Both the position numbers and the translations under genes were made by a program. 64,000 nucleotides of DNA from Entomortierella parvispora E1425 (lineage: Eukaryota; Fungi; Mortierellomycota), in NCBI GenBank assembly GCA_020891255.1, contig BQFW01000014.1, positions 124,001 through 188,000 of the forward strand, written 5' to 3'. Under the pieces are notes generated by a model. That model had not been told where the DNA came from and did not search any database. It was given only the letters and a program-made list of their open reading frames with translations. Of this stretch, positions 10,789-22,608 are shown piece by piece; within the stretch, counting starts at the first letter, position 1; each line of letters begins with the position of its first letter.

Positions 10789-13186
10789 TCAGATGCCTCG
10801 GACTGCTCGCGGTCTCTCGTTCCTCTCGACCAGGAGAGTGGCGTGCTCTGCCAAGGCTAGTGTCAGGGTGTGGACCTGATTGGGCTGGACATGGTCCAGC
10901 GTCAGCAGGCCATCCACTAGATCAATCCTCGCCTGGATTTCATTGTGCCATACCATCTTGGACACGATCGAGATCACTGCCGACCTCTCGAGGTCAAACA
11001 TCCCAGCAAGCTGGTCCAGGCCAATGGATGTATAGTGTGTCTTGTTTGAAAACAAAAACATTCGCAACCCTTCCTCTTGAATCTTGCTGTGCAGCATGGA
11101 CCTGGCGCCCTCAGGCCCATCGGATAGTCTGTCCCATGCCTTCATAATCAGATCTGAGCATTGCTGCCAGTCCCAAGCCGCAAGTGCATTCCACGCGCTC
11201 AAGATGTGGTCGCGTGTAGTCTCTGGGGGACCTGAAAAAACTCGGCGATTATAATATTGAAGCGCGCGTTGAAACGGAGTCATTGCCGATCTCTTCAAAA
11301 CACGAGCCTCAGTCTGTCCTGTGGATACCATCGACGAAGAGATCTCCAGGAGCATAGAGCAAGTCAGATAGGTGCATTCAAGCAGCTCCAGATTGAGGTG
11401 CATGTGTGGAGGGATGTGAGACTCATGGCCAAGCAGTTCCCGGGCACCGCCGGTGCCTGAAATATCTTTCAAGCACGTTTGAGCGTCCGCAAACTTCCCC
11501 TGCCGAAAGGCGCAAAGGCCTAGCTGAGCCATTGTCCGATGGTAGAGGACCTTTATGTGAACATCTGCGTGGTGGATGGCTTCTTGAATAGGGGATAGCA
11601 AGAGCAGATCTTTGGCGACTGCGAAGCGGTCGTGAAGAGCATGATGATATGCTTGGCAGAGGATTGCCTGCGCGCGAACAAGGGCTGACCCGTTTCTATA
11701 TAGGAACGCGCAGACCCTGTTGATCAAATCCGATGTATCCTGACCCTGGTCCATGTTGCTTTCAAGTCTCAGAATGGCAGCGTCGCTCTAGAGTAGCAAA
11801 AAAAAAATAGGGATGACCGGATGAGAGTTAGGAGCTGTTGACGACGCAAAGATGGTTGCTAGGCATACAGGAAGTACATGCTTACCCTGAAGTAGATGTG
11901 CTGCAGGCGTTTCATAGACATGTGGCAAATAGCATCCGTCATATCAAGGGTCTCAAAGTATCTGCTGGATCTGACAATAAGAGAAAAGAGGCTGGTTTCC
12001 AAGCGATCAAGATATTCGCTGGAGTTGGGGTCAATGCTCTGAAGAGACTTTGTAAACTCGTTGTCCAAGCGGTCCATCAGGTCGAGAAGAGAGCCTTGGA
12101 TGTAAACCGCTGACCTCCCATCCAAAACGGTTGTAGCCTCGTCATTGTCTTCTACAAAGCTCTCGATGACCACAAATCTTGAATGGGACTCTAAGATGGC
12201 GAATAGTGCATTCAGATGTTGTTCAGTCCTATGGAAGAGATCATTGTCGAGGGTCAAAATGGATCCTTTTTTACTGCTTGAAAATTGACCATTGGAGTAC
12301 GAACCGTTTCCAAAGAGGGATACTCATATGGCTCGAGCTCCCACCAGCAGTGTCAAACAGAGCTTGAAGGAGGCTCAAGAGAACGCGGAGTCTCTTGTAG
12401 GGTGAACTCGCGCGAAGCAACAGGGTCTCCAGTTTACGAACTTGCTCTTCAGGATTGGTATTCTTTTTTCCACGAGCAGACACAACCTGCTGCAGTGTTG
12501 CGAACAGGTCGTTTTCTTGCAGGTTGGCGATGGTTTCTGTTACGGCTCTTGAGGAGGCTGGTGGCTGTGGCGTTCTGCTTTTGTCTTCTTCACAGCCTTG
12601 GCTATGATCTTCAGTCTCCTTGGTGTGCTGAAGGGCGTTCTTTTTGACATTGTGTCTTACCCAGTTTAGGGCTTTGGCTTCAGAAGCACTCATCTTTTTG
12701 GAACCCTCCCTTTCAGTTTCCACTGCCGCCTGGATACGAGTCTCCAACCCTGCAATGGCCTCGAAGTAAAAGCTTGGTACCGATGTTGGACCCATCTTTC
12801 GGAGGACTTTGTTCATACGAGCAAAAGCTGTTTGGTAGGAAAAAAAAAAGTCAGTTGCCGCAGCGCAGAGCACTTCCAGGTCGCAGAAATTACCATGCTG
12901 CGCCTAGACCGGTTCATTCTGACTCACTCGCGCGTCTCTTACCTTTCTGAACACAGAGCCAGCTCCCGCTGGAGCACATCAACTCTAAGGCTTCCTTGAG
13001 CTCATTTTGGCGCCTGGTTGCTGAAGATTGCACCACACGGATAGCCTGTGCAGGGACGTTTATTGCAGAGAAACGATCGAAGGGACGACGAGCCTCTGGT
13101 GATTCGTGTTCATATTCGTGTCCGATGCTCTCGTCTGAGGAGTCTGAAGAGGACGAGTCAGTGTCGCCAATAAAAAATCGTGACAT
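10789..13186 (-). CDS. NIP1: eIF3 subunit c (NIP1)-like protein, 4 exons, appears short and divergent
   Basis: MSRFF start, VFSGPPETTRDHI motif, HIPPHMHLNLELLEC, C-terminal PCI region. Confidence 0.85.
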
Positions 13187-13467
13187 GTTCGATCAGATGG
13201 ATCGTTTTTGATAGTTCCCAGTTTGTTCTGTGGCAGTGGCTGCGGTATTGCTGTTGTTGCTGTTGTTGCTGTTGTAGCGATTATGGACGTCGTTCTCTTC
13301 AAGTTTCTTTGATTGTTGGTTGATCAATTGATTCTGTCGGTTGTGTTTATTCGTGAAATTGGGCAGGAAAGACAAGCTGGACAAAACAGAGTGACAATGG
13401 AAGCGATGAAAAAAAAAAAAAAAAAAAAAAAAAGCAAGTTGTAAGTTGAAAATGAATGACTGCGGCT

Positions 13468-16400
13468 TTAATGCGACGGGGTGTTTGCCTGGGTATGGGC
13501 TGTTGATTCGCTGCTTGCTTCCGCTCCAGGCGGTTTGCCGGAGCCTCCTTTCTTCATTAGCTCGGATGAGCCACGGAACAGACACCGCAGATCTTCCAGT
13601 CGTCGTTTGAGGATCTCTTGCTTTGAAAGTTTTTCAGAAAAGGTCAAGTCGGCTAGTGCGGCTTTCCGTTTCTGAAGTTCGAGAATTCTTTCTTCAATTG
13701 AATCCTTGATAATGAACCGAATAATATCTACCGGCTTGGTCTGCCCAAGTCGATGAATACGATCAACCGCTTGACTTTCCACAGCAGGATTCCTATGATT
13801 GAGATTACAAGGCATGTGTTAGTCTGATAGAGCAGTTTCGTCATTTACGACAAGAGAATAGATGATGTCCATCAACATACCAATGAGGATCCATGAGGTA
13901 GACGCGTTGAGCGGAGGTGAGGTTTAGTCCAACGCCTCCAGCTTTCAGACTAATGAGAATCACGGTGATTTCTGGTTGCTCCTTGAAGCGGGTTAAAGCC
14001 TGCGTCCTGTCATTTCGAGTCATCGTTCCATCAAGCCGCGTGAACTCAATACTATTCTCTTTCAAACCACTCTACGAGTCAACAGATGAACAAAAACAAA
14101 AGGCATGATGTGTCAGCACAGCCTCAATGCCAATGCTTTGTACAGAGCAGTTGAATATGTTCAGGATCACAAACCTCGATCAGGTCAAGCATTCCGGTCC
14201 ATTGAGAAAAAACCACGCTTTTCACCGGGTCCAACGGCGGCTGAGACCTTTCGCTGGCCTGCAGGAGGTCGTCTATGAGGGCCTTTACTTTTGTACTGTG
14301 GATCAGTTGACCCGCCTCGTCTGTTAAAAGCTGCATTGGTCGACTTCTGTCCGTCCCTCTTTCTTGACCACTAGCGTCGTCCTGGATTTGGATTAGATCC
14401 ACCGGACGCAAGGTGGATGAGCACTGAGGGCAGCAAAAGTCTGTCCTCAACCCCGGGTTCACGCTGACGTTGGCGTTATGGCTTTGAATAAGCATGTAGG
14501 TAACATGGTTCAGTTTCTTGACACAATCCGGGCAGAATATGTGCTCGCAACGCGCGACGATAGGCACCGGCGTTGACGAATTAAAGCAGGAGCTGCACTG
14601 ATCGTTACCCGATTCTCGCAAGAGCGACAAGATCTCGGAAGCCTTGTCAAAGTTGAATTCGGTGGAGTCGAGGTCATCAGTTGTAGACTTGACAAGTGCA
14701 TAGTGGACACAGATCTGACGCAGCTTGAGGATTGCCTGTAGAATATGAGCGTAGCTCTTCATGATCTTGTTATCATGAACGATCGCGTCCACCGTCTGGT
14801 TGGCCCTGGACTCCATGCGCTGATAAGTTTGCCTCTCATTCAAGCTCAGCTCCAGCAGGCGGGGGTGGTCGGTTCTGGTTGGCAGCTCCAGCAGAGGTTG
14901 ACCATCCACCATTTGAGACTTTGTGCGTCTCAGAGTGATGACCTTCATGAGGGTCTGGAGTCGAGTGAGTCCAATGGGACTGGCGGCCTTGATGGGTTTG
15001 GTGATGTAGTGCGTCCACTGAAGTTTCTCATCGAAAGGCCTCATACGTAAAAACTTGACCAACGCGTAAAGATCATCCAGCTAGAGATGGTGGCACCGGC
15101 AGAGTTAGCGAGGGAATCCAAAGCGACTGAAAATCTAGACGGGGTCATTTACCTTATTTTGAACTGGAGTACCAGTCAGGCACCATCGTCTCTCGGCTGT
15201 AAGGGCGGTAGCAGCCTTGCTCTGCACGGTGTTGACCTCCTTGATAATATGGGCTTCATCCAGCACGACCCGAAACCAATCAACGGACTGCAGAACACTT
15301 GGATGACTCGAGGACGCACCTGGGAATTGCTGACCTTTGCATTCCTTGGAGTATTCTGTCCCGAGCAGATTGTATGTCGTGATGACAATATCAAACTGCG
15401 CCAGGAAAGAAGGGTCGGTAACGCGCTGTCCTCCATGATAGACGTACAGCTTTAGGGCTCCTTGTTCTACATGCAACTCTAGTTGCTCTTCCCAATTCTG
15501 GACCGTCGACAGTGGGCATATAATCAATGTTCCATGCGACTTGATCTTTGGGTGCGGGCTGAGCTTGGTCGTCAATAAAGGCTGAAAGACTGAGCGATTC
15601 AAAGTAGCTGCGATCAAAGATATGATAGTAATCGTCTTGCCGAGACCCATCTGTTCGGCGAAGATAGAAGATAGAGCGTCAACACTTTCGTCAAACAGTC
15701 CCCCCTGCTCATTCAACTTTCAGTTCAACTTACATCGTCGGCAAGAATCCCGCCTCTCATGCTGATGGGTTTTGCACTGGACTCTTGATTAGTGACCACA
15801 TTCAAGAAGACGGGGTGGCCATGAGGAGGATACCTCACTCTCCACAGGGAAACAAGTCTGTTTTTCTCATTGTCCGAGTAATCCTCTTGCTTTTCACGTT
15901 CCAACAGAAAATAAAGTGCCTGCTTCTGATGACGGTAAAGTGGCGTGGTAATGTAGGCAACAGGGTCGACTTCTGGAAGATCAGTGGCACTTCGAAGTCC
16001 CTTGAAGACGCTGTCAATTTGGTTCCTGATCTCGTCTGCGGAGAGCCCATTCGATCCACTGCCGCCACCAAATGATGAGTAACCTTGTCTTTTAGAGACT
16101 GGAATCGACGCGGTCGTCAGCCCTCGAAAGATATCATATGGCGACAGTTGCTCTCCAGGAGCAGGTAGCAACGGATTTGAATAGCTCGTCCGATGGTCAA
16201 ACTCGATAGGGTCATCCAGCCTGATCTTTCCATGCAGAGCCTGAGCAACCTTCATTTGATGCTCCTCAGGTCCATAGAGAGTTATGTTGATAGGTGCACT
16301 AATAATCTGATATCGATAGGATTGCAATGTCAGTCTGGAGTAACTTTACTAGCTCAACATCCTCACCACTTCAAAGTAGCAAGATATTCGCCATACATTG

Positions 16401-17231
16401 TGCTTGCGCTGCCGAGGCACCTTGGCATCCCACCAGACCATACCCGCTGCAGCCAAGGGAACAAGAATCTCTGCTAGATCAGATACTACATGGCCATACT
16501 GTGTTTGTGCACGAGTGAGTAAGTGGATTGACAATCTTGCAATCATCGGCAACAACAACTGCATCAAGACAACAACAACATACCAGTCCAGCCTCATGCT
16601 CCACAGTTAGACTGGCTTTGTTGGCTATGGTCGAACAGCGGATTGTAACAGGATCTGCCTTGCCATCTTCATAAGGCAAATGGCGCGGGTAGAGTGTAAC
16701 GACTAAAGACTGGATCATCCCAAAGCACAGCATTCGGGACGCTTGAGTCTCCTTTGGCGAGTTGATCACGCTCGAGTCATGTGGCTGATTTGGTGGCGGC
16801 GAGGGGAGAGAGGATGCGGTTGCAGAGTGATTACGACGTTGCGGTTGCTCCTGTAGGGGTTGGGTCTGTGATCCTGTAGACGGGCTCTTCGACGTAGGGG
16901 GGGTTGGTAGATAGGAACGAGAAGAGGGAATAGAGTCGCTTTGGGGATGTGGAAGGCAGGTGCGTTTGGCAGTGTGGCTAATGTCGTCAAGACGTTCCAA
17001 AGTGCGCGACGAAGACAGGGTGGATGCGGAGGACTCTTCAGAGCCATTGCTGGCTCCGTCAACGACCGCTGACTGGGAGGTGACAGACCAGGGTCGAGCT
17101 CTCTTCAGTGCCGCCAGGGAAGTGAACTGTGTGTTCTCTTGTTCCTGAGCGCGCTGATCAAGGCTCTGACTCTGGTTCTGGTACTCCTGGCCGCGAACGT
17201 GGGCCTGGGCCGGGGCCTGATCTCCAACCAT
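13468..17231 (-). CDS. SNF2-family helicase/ATPase with C3HC4 RING (Rad5/HLTF family), multi-exon
   Basis: GGILADD-MGLGKT, RVVLDEAH, LTGTPVQN, RING CSSC...CEHIFCPDC...CPQC, SLKAGGVGLNLT, QAVDRIHRLGQ; probable HIRAN-like region upstream. Confidence 0.92.
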
Positions 17232-17942
17232 GGTATAAAAGAATATGGAGGCAGTTTGGATGGCGCGAGGGTGTGAAAAGGGAGGGAGGAGCAGAGGATG
17301 TGAAGGAGAGGGAGAGAGGAGAGAAAAGAGCGAGAAGACACTGATGAAAAAGGCGGTAAAAAAAAAATAGAGAAAGGGGATTCGCAGCAGGGAGTGGCGT
17401 CCATGTGACCAGGCGCGTGACCCTGCTTGTTTGTTGTCGTGGAAGGGTACTTCCAGCGCTATTGCTTGTTTTTCTCATGCCGTCTCTGTCGATTGGGCAG
17501 GCAGGGGTCGAAGTCCGGGGATAGGATGGGAAGGCCCCTAGATCATTGAGCGAACGAGCCAATTTGAAGCCCCAGTCAATCAGGCCAAGTCTGTCCAGCA
17601 TGTCAGTGGCCCCTCAAGATCACTCTGGTGACCCCCAATAGCCCACAAAGACACAACAGCCACTAGAGGGCCCGTTTCCCTTCAGCAATTGCCGCACCCG
17701 GACACTCTTTGGCCCAAGAGAAACACTTCCAGTGAAGTGAGCATGCAGATGCCACATCGGGGTGTCGTAATAGCCGTAGAAGGAAGTGGAACAACACCAG
17801 TCTCCTTGCATCCGTTTTCCTATTCACTTGCCCAGCGCGTGGTCTTGAACAGACGTCTCCATCGCGTAACAGTTGTAGAAGGCGGTTAATCTTGACAGGA
17901 CTGCAAGGGCGTTACATCATAAACATTATGTCTCCATTCAGG

Positions 17943-17949
17943 TATAAAA
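17943..17949 (+). promoter_or_regulatory. Probable TATA box of the small membrane protein gene
   Basis: TATAAAA about 143 nt upstream of ATG 18092. Confidence 0.45.
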
Positions 17950-18091
17950 GAGACAAGAAGACAGACACCAATTGACCAGCAATTTCAAGTACCTACATCT
18001 CACCGTTTCATCGTCTTCCTGTCCAATTCACCGCAGTCTCTTTCACAGGAGTATATTTCACAGCTACATCTTCACGGAAAGCTCCTTCAAC

Positions 18092-18391
18092 ATGTGCGGA
18101 ACCATTGAACTCGTCGCCTGGGTATAGAAAAATTGCTGGCCCACGTTTATCATTACTAAAATGACAGGGTACTAATCTGGTCTCCGCTCTCTGCAAAAAT
18201 AGGACGGTCTTATCGTCGTCGGCATCATCCTCCTCATTGTGTGGATCCTCTGTTTGGCAGGCGTTATCATCATTGCGACCGCAGGTCTCGAGCACATCTT
18301 TATTGTCCTAGCTGTTATCTTCATTATAGCCTGGATCTTTACACGATGCTGTTATGGTCGTGTCTGCTGTGGATCTCGTGGTGCTGTGTAG
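18092..18391 (+). CDS. Small (about 72 aa) two-helix membrane protein, 2 exons; absent from the ORF track
   Basis: Exon 1 18092-18121 (MCGTIELVAW); intron 18122-18202 (GT...ACTAAT...AG); exon 2 DGLIVVGIILLIVWILCLAGVIIIATAGLEHIFIVLAVIFIIAWIFTRCCYGRVCCGSRGAV*. Confidence 0.7.
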
Positions 18392-19656
18392 TTTAAACAA
18401 AGACCCTCCTCACTTTCAAGAATACATACCACTTTTACACTACTCCAATCCCGAGGAGTTGTGAGTGCTTTGCTCACGTTGTTAAAGACGTCTGTGATAT
18501 CTACGTGCTGCCACCAACCGTTTCTTCGCAAGATCGTTTTGAAATATGAGGTGAGGGTGACAATAGATCGTGTGAGAGGCGATGGAGGCGAGAATCGCGT
18601 CTTGCTGAGCCATTATCTCTTGCCCCTATGATTGTCAGTCAGTCAGTCCAAAGTTGAAAAGACACGCGAATGTGCTGGTTTGCTTTCATTGTTATTAGTT
18701 AATGGTGGCACAAGGGCTTATTGCAATTCCCTGGATGGATGGTGGGATTGGCAGTCCCACAGAGAAAAGCAAAGATCGCACATGCAAGGAATGGTGTCGA
18801 CAAGTGTCCCACCAGGGGGACCACGAAATGGCCAAAGTGAAATTCAACAGTCGAGGGTTCTGAGCGATGGCCAGGCTCACGCTCTCGTCGTGTAGAGGGG
18901 TTTTTCTTGGATGCAAAGTGGCAATCAAGGCAAGAGTATACAGACGTACAGTACAGTCGAGAGGAGCGAGCAGAGAGGCCAGCCCGAAGAGACCGCGCCA
19001 GCGCCAGCAGGACAGAGTCGAGGCCCATATCCGGAATTGAATAGGAACGAAGAAATTAATTTTCATTTGTCTTTCTTTCTTTGTGCCTGGTCCTTCCGTC
19101 GTCCAGTCGTTTCTGTTGCCATCGAATCTTTGTCCCCCCCCTGCGTTCATCCCGTCCCTTCCTGGCTTTGCCTCTTTGCTTCCTTCCTCCCTCCCTCCCT
19201 CGCGACCATCCTCCCTTTCCGCCCCTCTCCTCTCCCCTCCCCTCCTCTCCTCTCCTCTCCAGATACCTTCTCCTCCTCTCTTCTCGGCCAACTTACAAGC
19301 ACGCACACGCAATCATCGGCCCCGTTCACTCGTTCATTCCCAATCATTTTGCCGCCATTTCCCCTCGTGTGCCCTGCTCTCACCGTCTCGCTGTCCAGTC
19401 GTTCATCATCTTGATCATCCCCTCGTGTCGTTCATCTTGCACCAGACGCGGCATGACACCACCTTTTGCCTTCCACCACTAGCATCCTGTGCCTTTTATC
19501 CGCCTCTTACATGTAAGCAGCAATGGACTCATTCAGCATACAGTTTGACCCCGCAACGTAATCTTGTTTCTGACGCCTGGCTGATTTCCTCATCCGATTG
19601 CATTTCAGCCTGTTCCCCCGCCACTCTTCCTATACCGTCCTGTCAATCTGCTAGCA

Positions 19657-22608
19657 ATGCCCATCGCCATCAGTACTGCCAGCAACAGGAGCCAGCCCGA
19701 CCTTCGTCCACCTAACCGACTCTACAGCCACTCTGACTCAAAGGGCAGCACGCACAGTGTTAACAACCTCCACTCGGCGTCGTCCGGTCCAGCGCACCCA
19801 CACTGGGATCACCCGAGGGGATTCAATTCCAGTCCCAGTCCAACACTTATGGGCACCGACGACGAGTCCTCTTCAGCCAGCATCCGCCAATGGCCTCGTC
19901 AACTAAATAAAGGCGGCACCGCGCCGTCTCCCCTGGGCAATGGAACCGTTGGAGGAGGGTCTTCTTCAATGGGAAAGGGCAGCAACACCCCTGCGGGCCT
20001 CTCCTCTTTCTCGTTCTTGTCGTCAGAAAAGACGAGTGGCACGGCAGGCACGGACAGTGGTGCAAAGCCGGCAACACAGCTGCGTGTACGGCATTTGGAG
20101 CGGGATCTATCCTATTCTGGGTACCTGACAAAGTTCTCTTCCAGGACATTCTTCTCTCGCAAGCAATGGAAGCGTCGATACTTCATCCTCCACCAAAAGT
20201 CGCTTCACTGCTTCAAATCCTCGGATCCACAGCACTCTTTGCTCGAGTCTCTCACGCTCTGTTCAGACACCATCATCTGTGTGACCGATGCATTTGCAGG
20301 CAAGCGCTTCTGCCTCGAAATTTCGTGTCCAGGAGAAAAGAGCTGGTACGTGCTCGCAGACACGGCCACAGAAATGTCGGGCTGGCTTCGGGAACTTAAG
20401 GGCACTGTCAACGGCGCCAGAAACCTCCAAGCGGACTCGCGGCCTGGCACCATGTACTCCTCCGATTCGCTTGCCCTCTCCGATACTTCGTCGTCATCCA
20501 CCGCAGTCAGAATCCCTGATGTCCCAGCACTCCCAGGTCAGTTTGGCAAGGACGGCCCGGCACACTCACTGGGCCACCTTCACCCTTCAGGATACAGTCT
20601 GAACCCGCCTCCTCGGCCCATCACCCCAAAGCCTCTTCTCCCATCCAACCAGATCCACAGCAACCGGGCCCAGCCCCTCGTCAATCAGCATCAACAACAA
20701 CAACAACAACAACATCAAACACAATCCCTGCAGCCTCAGCAGCAGCAACAATATCAGCAGCCAGATCCAAGGAGGAGAAGAGGAAGCTCCGTTTCAACGG
20801 GACAAACAGTGTCTGATTACGCCAGCTTTGGATCTGTCATGGAGAAGGCAGAGGCTCTAGCGGTGGCTCAACAGAACTCGCCATCGTCGACTTGGTCCCT
20901 TCCTACGAAATCGGGGGTTACCACTGGCAATAGTATCAGCAATGGCAGCAGCAACTATGGAACAGTGCCACGAAGCAAACGGGACTCCACCATCTCTACA
21001 GTTTCAACCATGTCGGTGATGTCCAGTTCATCCACTCTCTCGGCTGCTCAGTCTCATTCACAGTATCGATCTTCAGTCATGGTCGACATGGACAGATCGG
21101 GGGCGAATACTATTCTCCCCAATCGAACCATTCAAAGAGCCCCCACAGGACCCTCTGTGAGGGCAATGAGTCCTATTCCATCATCTCGTCCTCTTAGTCC
21201 GACATTCAATAGAACCAGCCCAAGGAACTCGCTTGTGATCTCTCCCCCGCCGAGGAGTATTCACCGGCCTGTCAGCGTTTCCATTCGACACTCCACTCAG
21301 ATCTTGCCACTTCCTCAGAACCCGGCATCGGGCTTGCCAGCACAGGTGACGCCCTCGTCTTCAAGCAACAGAAGCACTCAACCGTCAAGATCTGGTCTTC
21401 CAGCCCCTCCCAACGGCCAGCATCAGGTCCCGGGAAATCTTTCCAGGATCACCAGTATTCGTCATCAACGTGAACTTCCACAAAATCGACAGAGTATGGT
21501 CATTCTGCCATCAGAGAATCTATCTGGACCACGAGTGGGGTCCGGGTCCCTCCAGGAGCGTGTTCAGCGGTCTTCTTCCAGGGCGAGCATTTTAACACCT
21601 GGCATGTCTTCAGTGAGCAGAAGTACGATCCCTGACTCTCGGCCCCTTTCACCAGTGCCTCTTGTTGAATTTGCGCCAAAGGTGCCTTTGCCAGAGCCCC
21701 CGAGATCTGGATCAAACTCTCCATCAAAGGCCTCTAATGGCAGAGCATCATCCCCCCGTCTCCAGTCTCCTGATTTGATTGTTCCAGCTCGCTCAAAAGC
21801 GCGCGCACGATCCCAGTCTCAGGAAGCGGCTTTGGTTTCATCTCAATTGGATGATCTCTCGATCTCTCCACGGCCAGCAGTCGTTTCGCCTGCCTCACCC
21901 TCGTCAGCATCGCCTCGCCTGAGCACAATATTGACCCATCAAAAGCTCAAACAGGGTGGAATTACCAACAACAACAACAACAACAACACACAAAGCCACA
22001 AGCAAATGTCGCTACCTATTAACACCATGTACGTGCTACCAGCGCCACCGACGCATCAGGTTCCAACAGAACCCCCAACAGCCAGAGGACCGGCTCCGAC
22101 CCAGCGACACCTTGGCGGCAACCTTTCTTTGCGTCCCCTTTCAACCGCGATGAGTGGCGTCCCATCCTTAGGAGGTGGCGTTGCACGTCGATCCATGGCT
22201 CTTTCGAGTCCTTCAGAGTCGAAGCGGGATTCTATTTTGTCACCTCGACTCTCCACTGTAATCCTTCCTCCGGAGCCTACAAAAGCCGTACCCCCTCCAC
22301 CGACTCAGAATGGGTTCCCGGCACCTCCAGTAGGCGCCTTGCCCTTAAAACCTCGAGTCAAGCAAGACCAGTCCCTGCTTGGATTTGGATCTATCGTCGA
22401 GGAAGAAGAAGAAGATGAGGAGGATGAGGAATACGAATCGAAACTTGAATTCGAGGAGCTCGTCGCCGCTAAAGAGGCTGCTGTAGAGCAGCAGGATCTT
22501 GACCAAGAAACGGCGGATGAGACCCCGGAAACTCGGCCCGAGTACTATGCAACCAAGGAACGCGTGGTAGTGGAGTACATCTTTCCCAGCGAGTCGTTGT
22601 CTCCGTAG
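19657..22608 (+). CDS. PH-domain protein with a long Ser/Pro/Gln-rich disordered region and acidic tail
   Basis: 983-aa single ORF; PH motifs YSGYLTKFSSRTFFSRKQWKRRYFIL and EMSGWLREL. Confidence 0.85.
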   Translation: MPIAISTASNRSQPDLRPPNRLYSHSDSKGSTHSVNNLHSASSGPAHPHWDHPRGFNSSPSPTLMGTDDESSSASIRQWPRQLNKGGTAPSPLGNGTVGGGSSSMGKGSNTPAGLSSFSFLSSEKTSGTAGTDSGAKPATQLRVRHLERDLSYSGYLTKFSSRTFFSRKQWKRRYFILHQKSLHCFKSSDPQHSLLESLTLCSDTIICVTDAFAGKRFCLEISCPGEKSWYVLADTATEMSGWLRELKGTVNGARNLQADSRPGTMYSSDSLALSDTSSSSTAVRIPDVPALPGQFGKDGPAHSLGHLHPSGYSLNPPPRPITPKPLLPSNQIHSNRAQPLVNQHQQQQQQQHQTQSLQPQQQQQYQQPDPRRRRGSSVSTGQTVSDYASFGSVMEKAEALAVAQQNSPSSTWSLPTKSGVTTGNSISNGSSNYGTVPRSKRDSTISTVSTMSVMSSSSTLSAAQSHSQYRSSVMVDMDRSGANTILPNRTIQRAPTGPSVRAMSPIPSSRPLSPTFNRTSPRNSLVISPPPRSIHRPVSVSIRHSTQILPLPQNPASGLPAQVTPSSSSNRSTQPSRSGLPAPPNGQHQVPGNLSRITSIRHQRELPQNRQSMVILPSENLSGPRVGSGSLQERVQRSSSRASILTPGMSSVSRSTIPDSRPLSPVPLVEFAPKVPLPEPPRSGSNSPSKASNGRASSPRLQSPDLIVPARSKARARSQSQEAALVSSQLDDLSISPRPAVVSPASPSSASPRLSTILTHQKLKQGGITNNNNNNNTQSHKQMSLPINTMYVLPAPPTHQVPTEPPTARGPAPTQRHLGGNLSLRPLSTAMSGVPSLGGGVARRSMALSSPSESKRDSILSPRLSTVILPPEPTKAVPPPPTQNGFPAPPVGALPLKPRVKQDQSLLGFGSIVEEEEEDEEDEEYESKLEFEELVAAKEAAVEQQDLDQETADETPETRPEYYATKERVVVEYIFPSESLSP

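Noticed and set aside
18695-19715. Several 100-210 aa ORFs on both strands
   Set aside because: Products of GA/CT-rich low-complexity promoter/UTR sequence upstream of the PH gene.
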